Shown piece after piece: positions 25,210-35,385 of a stretch of 64,000 nucleotides of DNA. Made by a program: the position numbers and the translations under genes. This DNA comes from Eubacteriales bacterium (GTDB lineage Bacteria > Bacillota > Clostridia > Oscillospirales > CAG-272), in the NCBI GenBank assembly GCA_045660295.1, contig JAZRDN010000043.1:83357-147356 (forward strand), in the 5' to 3' direction. Position 1 is the stretch's first letter; each line of letters begins with the position of its first letter. The notes beneath the pieces are model-generated. The model ran no database searches. It had not been told where the DNA came from and saw only the letters and a list, made by a program, of their open reading frames with translations.

Positions 25210-25737
25210 ATCAGTAACGCAAAAGAAGTGCAGATCAACGAAGCTATTAAGGAAAAGGAAGTCAGAGTTATCGGACCCGACGGTGAGCAGCTCGGTATCA
25301 TGAGCAGCACGGAGGCTCTTAACCGCGCTTATGACGAGGGTTATGACCTTGTTATGATGGCGGCGAACGCAACTCCCCCTGTGTGCAAGATCATGGACTA
25401 CGGCAAGTACCGCTTCGAGTGTGAAAAGAGAGAGAAGGAGGCCCGCAAAAAGCAGCAGGTCGTTGAGGTTAAGGAAATTCAGCTCTCTTACAGAATCGAT
25501 ACTCACGATTTCGAGACTAAGGTCAAGCACGCGGTAAGATTTCTGACAGACGGAAATAAGGTGCGCGTTGTTCTGAGATTCAAGGGACGTGAGATGAGTC
25601 ACGTCGCAATGGGTAGCGAGATAATGACAAAGTTTGAGGCGGCTTGCGCTGAGTACGGTGCAACCGATAAAAAGCCTGTACTCGACGGCAGACTTATGAG
25701 CATGATACTTGCGCCTGTAAAGCCCGCAAAGAAATAA
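25210..25737 (+). CDS. infC: translation initiation factor IF-3, apparent non-AUG (ATC) start
   Basis: ISNAKEVQINEAIKEKEVRVIGPDGEQLGIMS... aligns with the IF-3 N-terminus. GGAGG (25196-25200) lies 9 nt before ATC at 25210. There is no ATG/GTG/TTG at suitable spacing. The track start (GTG 25123) adds 29 non-homologous aa inside the leader. Confidence 0.85.
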   Translation: MSNAKEVQINEAIKEKEVRVIGPDGEQLGIMSSTEALNRAYDEGYDLVMMAANATPPVCKIMDYGKYRFECEKREKEARKKQQVVEVKEIQLSYRIDTHDFETKVKHAVRFLTDGNKVRVVLRFKGREMSHVAMGSEIMTKFEAACAEYGATDKKPVLDGRLMSMILAPVKPAKK

Positions 25738-25839
25738 TTTTTGATTCATAACAGGCGGCATAGCCGTTGTATGATAAATTTAACACAGGCTTCCGTCGTG
25801 ATTTACGGAGTCTGAAAAATAGTAAAGGAGACAAAAATC

Positions 25840-26034
25840 ATGGGAAAGATCAAGACACATAAAGCCTCTGCAAAGAGATTTTCTGTTACCGCTAACGGAA
25901 AGGTTAAGATTAACCATTGCCACCACCGCCACAACCTCGGTCTTAAGACCGCAAAGCGTAAGAGACACCTTCGCACAGGTGCATACCTTAGCGAGGCTAT
26001 GGCTGCAAACATCAAGGCAATGATCCAGAAGTGA
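25840..26034 (+). CDS. rpmI: 50S ribosomal protein L35
   Basis: MGKIKTHKASAKRF... RBS AAAGGAG. Confidence 0.96.
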   Translation: MGKIKTHKASAKRFSVTANGKVKINHCHHRHNLGLKTAKRKRHLRTGAYLSEAMAANIKAMIQK

Positions 26035-26067
26035 TCGACCGAAAAATAATTTAGGAGGAAATAGAAA

Positions 26068-26421
26068 ATGGCAAGAATTAAGGGCGCTGTAATGACGCGC
26101 AAGAGAAGAAATAAAATACTCAAGGCTGCTAAGGGTTACTGGGGTGCAAAGTCTAAGCACTTCAAGATGGCTAAGCAGGCCGTAATGAAGAGCGGCAACT
26201 ACGCATTCGCAGGCCGCAAGATGAAGAAGAGAGACTTCCGTCGTCTTTGGATCACTCGTATCTCTGCTGAGGCAAAGAATAACGGTATGAACTATTCTAC
26301 ATTTATGAACGGACTCAAGAAGGCAGGTATCGATCTTAACAGAAAGATGCTCGCGGAGCTTGCGGTTTCCGATAAGGCTGTATTTGCATCTCTGGTTGAG
26401 AAGGCAAAGGCTGCTCTGTAA
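26068..26421 (+). CDS. rplT: 50S ribosomal protein L20
   Basis: [29 protein letters not shown]... RBS AGGAGG. Confidence 0.97.
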   Translation: MARIKGAVMTRKRRNKILKAAKGYWGAKSKHFKMAKQAVMKSGNYAFAGRKMKKRDFRRLWITRISAEAKNNGMNYSTFMNGLKKAGIDLNRKMLAELAVSDKAVFASLVEKAKAAL

Positions 26422-26435
26422 GTCGAACTGATAAA

Positions 26436-26462
26436 AAACCCGACAGGTTGTCGGGTTTTTGT
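26436..26462 (+). terminator. rho-independent terminator after rplT
   Basis: ACCCGACA-GGT-TGTCGGGT followed by TTTTT. Confidence 0.85.
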
Positions 26463-26560
26463 CGTATTAATGGCGGTGATAAAAACGCTGAAAAACGGTG
26501 CTTTTTCGCCGAATATATTAATATGAAGTTAAAAAATTGCAACTTTTTTGAGGGAATGCT

Positions 26561-27388
26561 ATGAAGATAACAGACGAAATAATCACCTCGCGCCGCAATC
26601 CAACCGTGATTGAAGCCGTGAAATTAAGCGAGAAAAAAGCGCGTGAAAGCGTCGGACTTTTTCGCTTTGACGGCATAAAGCTGTTTGAAGAAGCGGTTCA
26701 AAAGGGAGTTTCGATAGCTCGTGTTTTGCTGTGTGAAAGCAAGGCAAAGGATATTTTGCCGAGACTTGAGGGACTGATCGCTCTTGAAAACACGGCGGTT
26801 TCTCTGCTTTCGGACGACGTGTTCGCAAAGGTCTCTGAGGAGCAAGCCCCCGAGGGGATCATCTGTATCGCACGGTTTCCCGAAAAGCATGTCAAAAAGA
26901 CCGATAAGGCGCTTTTTGAAAGCGCCGTTTCGGATAGATCGCGCCGAATGATATTGCTTGAATCGGTGCGCGATCCGGGTAATATGGGGACGGTTATGCG
27001 AACCGCCGCGGCATTTGGAATAGACACGCTTGTCATCAGCCGCGACTGCGCCGATATCTATAATCCCAAAACCGTCAGAGGTGCTATGGGAGCGCTGTTC
27101 AAAATGAATATTTTCGTCTTTGACGATATTTGCGACGCTGTTGAGGTGTTGAAAAAAAGCGGACGAAGCGTTTATGCCGCCGCGCTTGACAAAAACGCGG
27201 TGAGACTTGACGAGACCGAGTTTGCGCTCGGAGATGCTGTCGTTATCGGCAACGAGGGGCACGGACTTAGCGAAAGGGCTATAAACGCCTGTTCAAAAAG
27301 CCTGTACGTGCCTATGGAGGAGGGAAGCGAGTCGCTTAACGCCGCCGTAGCCGCCTCGGTCATAATGTGGAGCATGTATAAAAAATAA
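26561..27388 (+). CDS. TrmH/SpoU-family RNA 2'-O-methyltransferase (YsgA/RlmB-like)
   Basis: SpoU motifs (VRDPGNMGTVMRTAAAFG, VIGNEGHGLS, SLNAAVAASVIMW). Follows rplT as ysgA does in Bacillus. Confidence 0.88.
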   Translation: MKITDEIITSRRNPTVIEAVKLSEKKARESVGLFRFDGIKLFEEAVQKGVSIARVLLCESKAKDILPRLEGLIALENTAVSLLSDDVFAKVSEEQAPEGIICIARFPEKHVKKTDKALFESAVSDRSRRMILLESVRDPGNMGTVMRTAAAFGIDTLVISRDCADIYNPKTVRGAMGALFKMNIFVFDDICDAVEVLKKSGRSVYAAALDKNAVRLDETEFALGDAVVIGNEGHGLSERAINACSKSLYVPMEEGSESLNAAVAASVIMWSMYKK

Positions 27389-27402
27389 ACTCTGGAGGAA
27401 AT

Positions 27403-28746
27403 ATGTCATCGAATTTGTATTGGATATGGCTTTCGCTCAGAATAGGGGCGGGAAGAAGCGGCTTTGTCGAGCTTCTCGAACACTTTGGAACGCCCGAAAA
27501 TATATATTCAGCGGACACCTCCGAGCTGTTGCAGTTCAAGAAAAACAAGTGGGATTCAAGGATAGACGCGCTTCTTGATAAAAATCTTGAAAGCGCGTAC
27601 AATATCGAAAAATATTGCGCAAAAAAGCATATACAGATATTGAAATACAAGGAAAAAGGATATCCCGTTCAGCTTTTGAATCTGAAAAATCCGCCTGTGA
27701 TACTTTACGCAAAGGGTAATATAAATAACCTTGACAAAAAGGTCTGCATAAGTATAGTCGGAACACGAAAATTAACCGAATACGGACGTAAGTCCGCGTA
27801 CAAAATAGGTTATGAGCTGGCTTCCGCAGGCGCTGTGGTCGTCAGCGGAATGGCTCTCGGAATAGACGCGGTCGCGGCCTGCGGAGCGCTTGACGCGCGC
27901 GGCAAAACGATAGCTGTGCTTGGAAGCGGAGTCGATTATATCTATCCGTCAGTCCATAAAAAGCTCTCGGAGCAAATAATCAAAAACGGTCTGCTTCTCT
28001 CCGAATATCCGCCGCTCGAGGCGCCTACGAGAGGGAGCTTTCCCACCAGAAACCGCATAATCAGCGGACTTTCGCAGGGAACTCTCGTTATTGAAGCCGA
28101 CCAGCGAAGCGGAGCGCTTATCACCGCAAAGGACGCGATAATTCAGGGGCGCGATGTTTATTCGCTTCCCGGAAACGTCAATAATCCTACGTCGGAGGGT
28201 ACAAATTCCCTTATAAAGGACGGCGCTACGCCGATAACCTGCGCGGCGGATATATTGGAAAATTATAAATACATTTACCGAGAAAGTCTCGACCTGTCCG
28301 CACTTTCGAGAATAGGAGACCGCTCCGAGCTTAAATTCGGCGCGCTTTCCGCCCACGGAGTGGACGAGGGAGACGACGGATTTGCCGTGAAAAAAGAGGG
28401 TGCGGTGTCCTCTTTGCTCCATTCGAAAAAAAGGGTGGATGGTCAAATCGTAAACCGTATGGTGGGTAACACCGACTTTCCCGAATTTGAAGCTCCTCCA
28501 AAGCTTCGGGAAATGAGCGAGGAGGAAAAACGCGCGGCGTCCGATAACGATACCGCAAAGCTCCTTGAAGGGCTTGATGAAAAATATTTGAAAATTTATA
28601 ATGCGATACCCGCAGGAGAGAATGTAAGCCTCGATACGGTGTGCCGCGCGGGCTACGACCCGCGTACGGCAATGTCGTTGCTTACCACTCTTGAAATGAA
28701 AGGACTTATAACAGTTCTTCCGGGCGGACTTTATCGCAGAAAATAA
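27403..28746 (+). CDS. dprA: DNA processing protein DprA (Smf)
   Basis: Rossmann-like DprA core (SGMALGIDAVAACGAL, SEYPP, FP.RNRIISGLS). C-terminal winged-helix-like segment. Upstream of topA. Confidence 0.9.
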   Translation: MSSNLYWIWLSLRIGAGRSGFVELLEHFGTPENIYSADTSELLQFKKNKWDSRIDALLDKNLESAYNIEKYCAKKHIQILKYKEKGYPVQLLNLKNPPVILYAKGNINNLDKKVCISIVGTRKLTEYGRKSAYKIGYELASAGAVVVSGMALGIDAVAACGALDARGKTIAVLGSGVDYIYPSVHKKLSEQIIKNGLLLSEYPPLEAPTRGSFPTRNRIISGLSQGTLVIEADQRSGALITAKDAIIQGRDVYSLPGNVNNPTSEGTNSLIKDGATPITCAADILENYKYIYRESLDLSALSRIGDRSELKFGALSAHGVDEGDDGFAVKKEGAVSSLLHSKKRVDGQIVNRMVGNTDFPEFEAPPKLREMSEEEKRAASDNDTAKLLEGLDEKYLKIYNAIPAGENVSLDTVCRAGYDPRTAMSLLTTLEMKGLITVLPGGLYRRK

Positions 28747-28794
28747 TATAAGCATACATACGTTTTGTCATTGTTTTGAGAAAGGAAAATTTTA

Positions 28795-31083
28795 ATGAGC
28801 AATCTTGTAATTATGGAGTCTCCAAATAAAATTGCGCCCGTGAAAAAGTACCTTGGCGCGAATTATAAGGTGATCGCTTCGGTGGGTCACGTAAGAGACC
28901 TTCCCAAAAGTACACTCGGTGTAGATATCGAAAACGATTTCGAGCCTCACTATATAAACATTCGCGGCAAGGGCGATGTTATCAAGGAAATACGCAAAGA
29001 AGCCAAGGCGGCTAAAAAAGTATTTCTCGCGACTGACCCTGACCGTGAGGGAGAAGCTATCGCGTGGCATCTTGCCAATACACTTGGTATTCCGCTTGAT
29101 AAAACTCTCCGCGTAAGCTTTAACGAGATCACTCCGGGCGTTGTCAAGGCGGCAATCAAAGAGCCCAGAAACGTTGATATGAACATCGTAAACGCACAGC
29201 AGGCGCGCAGAATACTTGACAGAATAGTTGGCTATAAGCTCTCGCCCTTCCTTTGGAAGAACGTTAAGAGCGGACTTTCGGCAGGACGCGTTCAGTCGGC
29301 GGTAACGAGAATTATAGTTGACCGTGAGGAGGAGATACGCGCTTTTGTTCCCGAGGAATATTGGACCATAGACGCGGTCCTTTCCTGTGAGGAAAAGGAA
29401 AAGACCTTCCCCGTCCACTTCTACGGTGCGGACGGCAAGAAGATAAAGATAAATAACGAGGACGAGGCAAATAAGATACTCGCGGCGCTTCGCGGTAAGG
29501 ATTTCAAGGTCGTAAGCATCAAGCGCGCTAAGCGTAAAAAGAGCCCCATGCCTCCCTTTATCACCTCTACGCTTCAGCAGGAGGCGTCCAGAAAGCTCAA
29601 CTTCCAGTCGGCGCGTATCATGCGCGTGGCTCAGGAGCTTTACGAGGGTATCAACCTTGGGGCTGAGCTTGGCGGCACACAGGGTCTTATTACGTATATG
29701 CGTACAGACTCGCCCAGAGTCTCGGTAGACGCGCAGAACGATGCCAGAGCGCTTATCGTCGAGAAATACGGCGACAAGTTTTGCCCTAAAACACCCAGAA
29801 ACTATAAGTCCAGAGCGGGTGCACAGGACGCGCACGAGGCAATCAGACCCTCGCGCGTAGCCATTGAGCCCGCAATGATAAAGAAGAACCTTACTTCCGA
29901 TCAGTATAAGCTCTATAAGCTTATATGGGAGCGCTTTGTTGCCAGCCAGATGGAGTCTGCCGAGCTTGATACGGTCAGCGCGGATTTCGATTGCGGCGGA
30001 TATACCTTTAAGGCGAGCGGATACTCGGTTGCTTTTCAGGGCTATATGGCGGTTTACGAGGAGAGCGAGGAGGAGCGCTTGCCCACCGCTGACGAGATCA
30101 AGGAGGTAAAGGATATACGTATTCCCAACCTTACCGAGGGACAGCATCTTGACGCTGAGTGTGTAACGCCCAACCGTCATTTCACCGAAGCGCCTCCGAG
30201 ATATAACGAGGCTTCGCTTATCAAGTTCCTTGAGGAAAAGGGAATCGGACGTCCGGGCACTTACGCGCCGATTATCACGACAATAGTTGCCAGAAGCTAC
30301 GTTAAAAAAGAAAATAAGGCATTTGTTCCCACACAGCTCGGTGAGCTTATCACCAAACTGATGAAGGATAATTTCTCCGATATAGTTGACTATAAATTTA
30401 CCGCTAACGTTGAGGGTGAGCTTGATAATATCGAAAAGGGTAAGGTCGAGCTTAACTCGGTGCTTTCCGACTTCTGGAAGGGCTTTGAAAAGGAGCTTAT
30501 CGAAGCCGAGAAAAATATCGGAAGCGATGGTATTGAGGTTCCCGTCGAGGAAACCGACATCATATGCGACAAGTGCGGAAGCAGAATGATAGTAAAGAGC
30601 GGACGCTTCGGAAAATTCGCGGCTTGTCCCAACTATCCGAACTGTAAGAATACCAAGCCCTTGGATGGTGGCGATAACAAGATCAAGAGCGAGGACGCAG
30701 TGTCAGACTTCAAGTGCGAAAAGTGCGGAAGCGATATGATACTCAAAAAGGGTCCCTTTGGAGTGTTCTATGCTTGCTCCAACTATCCCGAATGTAAATT
30801 CACAAAGCAGAAAACAGAGCCTGTTGACGCTCCCTGTCCCAAGTGCGGATCCACCGTGCTTACCAGACACGGACGTAACGGCAAGACTGTTTTCTATAGC
30901 TGTGAGAAATATCCCGAGTGCGACTTCTCGTCGTGGGATATGCCTGTTAATGAAAAATGTCCGGACTGCGGCGAAACTCTTTTCCGCAAAAAGGGCAGAG
31001 TTCCTATGATCATTTGCCATAACGAAAAGTGCGGATATAAGCGCAAGGCGGATGACGGACAGACAGAAGAAAACAACGATTAA
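28795..31083 (+). CDS. topA: DNA topoisomerase I with multiple C-terminal zinc ribbons
   Basis: Toprim (LVIMESPNK, ATDPDREGEAIAWH). Active-site Tyr context ITYMRTDS. Four CxxC...CxxC ribbons in the last 200 aa. Confidence 0.97.
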   Translation: MSNLVIMESPNKIAPVKKYLGANYKVIASVGHVRDLPKSTLGVDIENDFEPHYINIRGKGDVIKEIRKEAKAAKKVFLATDPDREGEAIAWHLANTLGIPLDKTLRVSFNEITPGVVKAAIKEPRNVDMNIVNAQQARRILDRIVGYKLSPFLWKNVKSGLSAGRVQSAVTRIIVDREEEIRAFVPEEYWTIDAVLSCEEKEKTFPVHFYGADGKKIKINNEDEANKILAALRGKDFKVVSIKRAKRKKSPMPPFITSTLQQEASRKLNFQSARIMRVAQELYEGINLGAELGGTQGLITYMRTDSPRVSVDAQNDARALIVEKYGDKFCPKTPRNYKSRAGAQDAHEAIRPSRVAIEPAMIKKNLTSDQYKLYKLIWERFVASQMESAELDTVSADFDCGGYTFKASGYSVAFQGYMAVYEESEEERLPTADEIKEVKDIRIPNLTEGQHLDAECVTPNRHFTEAPPRYNEASLIKFLEEKGIGRPGTYAPIITTIVARSYVKKENKAFVPTQLGELITKLMKDNFSDIVDYKFTANVEGELDNIEKGKVELNSVLSDFWKGFEKELIEAEKNIGSDGIEVPVEETDIICDKCGSRMIVKSGRFGKFAACPNYPNCKNTKPLDGGDNKIKSEDAVSDFKCEKCGSDMILKKGPFGVFYACSNYPECKFTKQKTEPVDAPCPKCGSTVLTRHGRNGKTVFYSCEKYPECDFSSWDMPVNEKCPDCGETLFRKKGRVPMIICHNEKCGYKRKADDGQTEENND

Positions 31084-31125
31084 TGAGGCGCGAATGCGCC
31101 TCAAAAAGACAAATGAGGCGTGTTT

Positions 31126-32457
31126 ATGAAAGATACAATTAATGTTTACGGCGCGGGTCTTGCGGGTTGCGAGGCTGCGTGGCAGATAGCGCAGAGGGGT
31201 ATAAAGGTCAGGCTTTTTGAAATGAAGCCCGAAAAATTTACACCCGCGCATCACTCAAATAATTTTGCTGAGCTGGTTTGTTCCAACTCTCTGCGCTCCG
31301 ACCGCGTGACAAACGCCGTCGGCTTGCTTAAGGAGGAGCTTTCGAGAATGGGCTCGCTTATAATGGAGGCGGCTTACGCCACCAGAGTTCCCGCAGGCTC
31401 GGCGCTGGCTGTGGATAGAGAGCTTTTTTCGGCTTACGTTACCGAAAAGATACGAAATCACGAAAATATTGATATTGTAAACCAAGAGGTGCATAATATA
31501 AGCGATGACGAAATAACCGTTGTGGCTACAGGTCCGCTTACCTCGGACAAAATGGCGGACTATATCGAAAATGGACTTGGTTGCCGCGGACTTCACTTTT
31601 TTGACGCGGCGGCACCGATAGTTGACTTTTCCACGGTAAATATGGACGTGGCTTTCTTTGCTTCACGATACGATAAGGGCGATGCCGATTACATCAATTG
31701 CCCCATGACAAAGGAGCAGTACGATGTCTTTTACGAGGCGCTCGTGTCGGCGGAGGAGGCTGAGCTTAAGGACTTTGACCGCGAAATGCAAAAGGAGCTT
31801 AAGGTCTTTGAGGGCTGTATGCCGGTTGAGGTGATGGCAAAGAGAGGATATGACACTCTCCGATACGGACCGCTTAAGCCGGTGGGCTTGGTGGATTCGC
31901 GCACGGGTAAGGAGTCTTACGCCGTCGTTCAGCTCCGCAAGGAGAACGCCGAGGGAAGCATGTACAATCTCGTGGGCTTCCAGACCCACCTTACCTTCCC
32001 CGAGCAGAGACGTGTTTTCAGACTAATCCCGGGACTTGAAAACGCCGAGTTTATGAGATACGGTATCATGCATAGAAATACTTATCTCAACTCTCCCGAC
32101 CTGCTTGCGGCCGATTATTCTATGAGAAATAAGCCAAACGTCTTTTTTGCGGGACAGATGACGGGCGTTGAGGGCTACATTGAGTCAACAGGCTCGGGCT
32201 TTGTGGCGGGGCTTAACGCCGCGCTCAGAGCTATGGATAAGGACCCGATCATATTCCCAAGAACCACGATGATAGGCGCTATGGCGCATTACGTGGAGAA
32301 TGGCGGAACAGGCGAGTTCGTTCCTATGAACGCCAATTTCGGAATAGTAGAGCCGTTGCCGATGAGGGTCAAGGGCGGAAAGGTTGCGAGATACGAGGTG
32401 GTGGCAGCCAGAGCGCTTGAAGCCATCGAAAATATCAAACCACTTGTAGTTGTGTGA
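31126..32457 (+). CDS. trmFO: methylenetetrahydrofolate--tRNA-(uracil54-C5)-methyltransferase TrmFO
   Basis: VYGAGLAGCEAAWQIA FAD fold. dprA-topA-trmFO order. ATG at 31126 lies 7 nt after GAGG. The track GTG at 31120 is less likely. Confidence 0.93.
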   Translation: MKDTINVYGAGLAGCEAAWQIAQRGIKVRLFEMKPEKFTPAHHSNNFAELVCSNSLRSDRVTNAVGLLKEELSRMGSLIMEAAYATRVPAGSALAVDRELFSAYVTEKIRNHENIDIVNQEVHNISDDEITVVATGPLTSDKMADYIENGLGCRGLHFFDAAAPIVDFSTVNMDVAFFASRYDKGDADYINCPMTKEQYDVFYEALVSAEEAELKDFDREMQKELKVFEGCMPVEVMAKRGYDTLRYGPLKPVGLVDSRTGKESYAVVQLRKENAEGSMYNLVGFQTHLTFPEQRRVFRLIPGLENAEFMRYGIMHRNTYLNSPDLLAADYSMRNKPNVFFAGQMTGVEGYIESTGSGFVAGLNAALRAMDKDPIIFPRTTMIGAMAHYVENGGTGEFVPMNANFGIVEPLPMRVKGGKVARYEVVAARALEAIENIKPLVVV

Positions 32458-32472
32458 AAGGAGCGGTAAACC

Positions 32473-33546
32473 GTGAGAATAATTGTTGACGTAATGGGCG
32501 GCGATAACGCTCCCCTTGAAACGGTAAAGGGCGTGTGTATGGCGGCGGCTGAATATCCCGCTACGTATATCCTTGTGGGCGACAAGAATGAGATCACAAG
32601 AGTCGCTGATGAAAACGGACTTGATCCGAGCGACTTTGATATAATACATACCGAAACGGTTATCACAATGGATGATGCTCCGCTTTCCGTAATGCGTGAT
32701 AAGCACGATTCGTCCATGAGCATCGGACTTCGTATGCTCGCCGAGGGAAAGGGCGACGCATTCGTAAGCACGGGCAACACGGGCGCACTTTTTACGGGCG
32801 CTACGCTTATAGTCAGAAAAATAAAGGGAATAAACTGCGCGGCGCTTGCAAGCGTGCTTCCCATGAATCCGCCCCTCCTTTTACTTGATTGCGGCGCGAA
32901 TATAACGGTCAGCGACGAGAGCATGGAGCAGTTCGCGGCGATGGGCTCGGCTTATATGAAGAAAATGTATGAGCTTGAAAGCCCCCGCGTAGGACTTCTC
33001 AATAACGGCGCCGAGGAGCAGAAGGGAACCGAGCTTCAGAGGGCGGCGTATAAACGCCTCGCGGCTCGCGAGGGCTTGAATTTCGTGGGTAACGTTGAAG
33101 CTAATCTTATTCCCTATGACGCTTGCGACGTGCTTGTAACCGACGGGTTTACGGGTAACATCCTGCTTAAGAGTACCGAGGGTATGGGCAGACTGATGCG
33201 CGACACTATAAAGGAAATTTACTCGGGTAAAATCGCAAAGGCTTCGGCAATTGTAGTTAAAAAGAAGCTCGAAGGCGTGAAAAAGAATTTTGACGCGAGA
33301 GAGCATGGCGGAGCACCGCTTCTCGGTATCTCAAAGCCAGTTATCAAATCTCACGGCTCATCGGATGCCAAGGCGTTCAAGAGCGCTATCAGACAGGCTA
33401 TAAATTACCATAGCTCGGGCATAGTTTACGATATAGCCGAGGTTGCCGCCGAGTTCGTTGAGCGCAGACGTATAGAAAAGGAAGCGCTCGAAGCGCTTGA
33501 AAGCACCGAAAACATTGAAAACGTTAAGGAAGAAAACAAACAATGA
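32473..33546 (+). CDS. plsX: phosphate acyltransferase PlsX
   Basis: MRIIVDVMGGDNAP N-terminus. GTG start after AAGGAG. Confidence 0.94.
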   Translation: MRIIVDVMGGDNAPLETVKGVCMAAAEYPATYILVGDKNEITRVADENGLDPSDFDIIHTETVITMDDAPLSVMRDKHDSSMSIGLRMLAEGKGDAFVSTGNTGALFTGATLIVRKIKGINCAALASVLPMNPPLLLLDCGANITVSDESMEQFAAMGSAYMKKMYELESPRVGLLNNGAEEQKGTELQRAAYKRLAAREGLNFVGNVEANLIPYDACDVLVTDGFTGNILLKSTEGMGRLMRDTIKEIYSGKIAKASAIVVKKKLEGVKKNFDAREHGGAPLLGISKPVIKSHGSSDAKAFKSAIRQAINYHSSGIVYDIAEVAAEFVERRRIEKEALEALESTENIENVKEENKQ

Positions 33547-34256
33547 TGCCAAAAGAAATGTCCTTGCTTGAGGAAAAGATAGGATATAAATTCAAAAACA
33601 GCGACCTGCTTACAACGGCGCTTACGCACTCGTCCTATTCAAACGAGCTGAGAGCCAAAAAGATTTCGATAAACTGCAATGAGAGACTTGAATTTTTGGG
33701 TGACTCGGTGCTGTCGATAATCGTAAGCGAGTATCTCTTTATAAAAAATAAATTCCTTCCCGAGGGCGAGCTTACCAAGCTCCGTGCCGAGCTTGTGTGT
33801 GAAAAGGCACTGTCCAAATACGCTTCCGAGATAGGGCTGGGAGATTATATGTTCCTCGGTCACGGCGAGGAAAAGAACAACGGCAGAAGCCGCCGTTCGA
33901 TAATCGCCGATGCCTTTGAGGCTTTGCTTGCGGCTATATATCTCGATTCGGATAACGATAAGGAGACGGTAGCTAAGTTCCTCATGCCCTTTGTCAAGGC
34001 GGAGATAAAGGATATCTCCACCGAGGGGCGCAATACCACCGACTATAAGACCGCGCTTCAGCAGTTTGTTCAGCAGACAGAGGGCGATTTTCTTGAATAT
34101 ATTGTCGTAGGTGAGAGCGGTCCCGATCATATGAAGACCTTTGAGGTCGAGGCAAAGCTCAATTCCAACGTCATCGGACGAGGAAAAGGGCGCTCAAAGC
34201 GCGAGGCTGAGCAGAACGCAGCCAAGCAGGCGCTTGAGCTTTTTGGAGAGGCTTAA
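33543..34256 (+). CDS. rnc: ribonuclease III
   Basis: RNase III signature NERLEFLGDSVL. C-terminal dsRBD (GRGKGRSKREAEQNAAKQAL). 4-nt overlap with plsX. Confidence 0.96.
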   Translation: MMPKEMSLLEEKIGYKFKNSDLLTTALTHSSYSNELRAKKISINCNERLEFLGDSVLSIIVSEYLFIKNKFLPEGELTKLRAELVCEKALSKYASEIGLGDYMFLGHGEEKNNGRSRRSIIADAFEALLAAIYLDSDNDKETVAKFLMPFVKAEIKDISTEGRNTTDYKTALQQFVQQTEGDFLEYIVVGESGPDHMKTFEVEAKLNSNVIGRGKGRSKREAEQNAAKQALELFGEA

Positions 34257-34309
34257 AGAACGCCGAAAACACGGGGAAACGGACAGGCTTCCCCTTTTTA
34301 GAGGTGTAA

Positions 34310-35323
34310 ATGAAACACGTAAATATACCCATTTTTATCCCCCATTTGGGGTGTCCGAACAATTGCGTTTTCTGCAATCAGCGCTCAATTTCGGGTAAAC
34401 AGAGCTTTGTATGTGAAAGCGTTGACGAAGAAATAAAAAACGCGCTTTCTACAATAGGCGAGGATTGCGAGACCGAAATTGCCTTTTTCGGCGGATCGTT
34501 TACAGGAATAGACAGAGAACTGATGATATATCTTCTCGATACCGCGCAGAAATATATAGACGACGGCAGAGTAAAGAGCATCAGACTTTCCACGCGCCCC
34601 GATTACATAAATGACGAGATACTTGAAATCTTGTCACGCTACGGCGTAAAGACCGTGGAGCTGGGGCTTCAAAGTATGGACGAAAATGTACTTTTCGCAA
34701 CAAAAAGAGGTCATAGCGCAAGGCAGGGCGCCGAGGCGTGCAGACTTGTCAAAAAATACGGCTTTTCTCTTGTGGGGCAAATGATGGTGGGGCTTCCCGA
34801 GTCCACCCCCGAAAGTGAAAAATATACAGCCGAATTGCTTTGCGAGCTTGGCGTTGATGCCGTGAGAATTTATCCTACGGTTGTGTTTTTCGATACAGAG
34901 CTTTGTGATATGGCAAAGGCAGGGGAATATACTCCCATTGACAATGATAACGCGGTAATGCGTACTAAAGAGCTGTTGAAAATATTCGACCGAGAGGGTG
35001 TTGAATGTATCCGTGTGGGACTGTGTGCATCGGAAAATCTTTCGTCGGCAGATGCCGTTTACGGCGGCGCTAATCATAGCGCCATAGGCGAGCTTGCTAT
35101 GGGCGAGGTCTACTTTGATAAAATGTGTGAGACGGTTGAAAAAAACGGCGGTATAGAGGGTAAAAAAGTGATTTTTTACGTCTCAAAAGGCTCTACCTCA
35201 AAGGCGGTAGGTCAAAAACGAAAAAATATTGAGAGAATTTGCAAAAAATATTCGCCTTTGAGCGTAAAAGTCCTTGAAAAAAATGAAATTTTGGGTTATA
35301 ATATAATAATAGACATTATATAA
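34310..35323 (+). CDS. radical SAM protein (ELP3/MiaB-like core, no HAT domain)
   Basis: CPNNCVFC (CxxxCxxC) at aa 15-22. TIM-barrel-like core. Confidence 0.8.
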   Translation: MKHVNIPIFIPHLGCPNNCVFCNQRSISGKQSFVCESVDEEIKNALSTIGEDCETEIAFFGGSFTGIDRELMIYLLDTAQKYIDDGRVKSIRLSTRPDYINDEILEILSRYGVKTVELGLQSMDENVLFATKRGHSARQGAEACRLVKKYGFSLVGQMMVGLPESTPESEKYTAELLCELGVDAVRIYPTVVFFDTELCDMAKAGEYTPIDNDNAVMRTKELLKIFDREGVECIRVGLCASENLSSADAVYGGANHSAIGELAMGEVYFDKMCETVEKNGGIEGKKVIFYVSKGSTSKAVGQKRKNIERICKKYSPLSVKVLEKNEILGYNIIIDII

Positions 35324-35385
35324 ATATTATTTAATGGCTGATAATCGCTTGAAGATATAAAATACGTGAAAAGGAGGCGGTCCCC

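Noticed and set aside
28792-30180. Very long antisense ORFs opposite strongly supported genes. They are 28792-30180 (462 aa, opposite topA), 36757-38271 (504 aa, smc), 62418-63890 (490 aa, rpoB), 57792-59087 (431 aa, aspartate kinase), 6832-8004 (390 aa, murG), 40649-41677 (342 aa, nadD/yqeK) and 4681-5625 (314 aa, mraY).
   Set aside because: Each lies fully inside a gene whose product shows clear family motifs. Their translations are low-complexity (Arg/Leu/Ser/Val-rich), have no recognisable motifs and have no RBS. This is the usual by-product of codon bias on the complementary strand.
31084-31105. A hairpin GAGGCGC-GAA-TGCGCCTC immediately after the topA stop, considered as a possible terminator.
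   Set aside because: On the plus strand it is followed by an A-run rather than a T-run, and trmFO starts 20 nt later with its own RBS. It is more likely a stability element within a dprA-topA-trmFO transcript.
33543-33546. plsX overlaps rnc directly, with no fabD/fabG/acpP in between as in Bacillus.
   Set aside because: This is ordinary lineage-specific variation of a loosely conserved string. Nothing in the sequence suggests a recent deletion or a pseudogene remnant.
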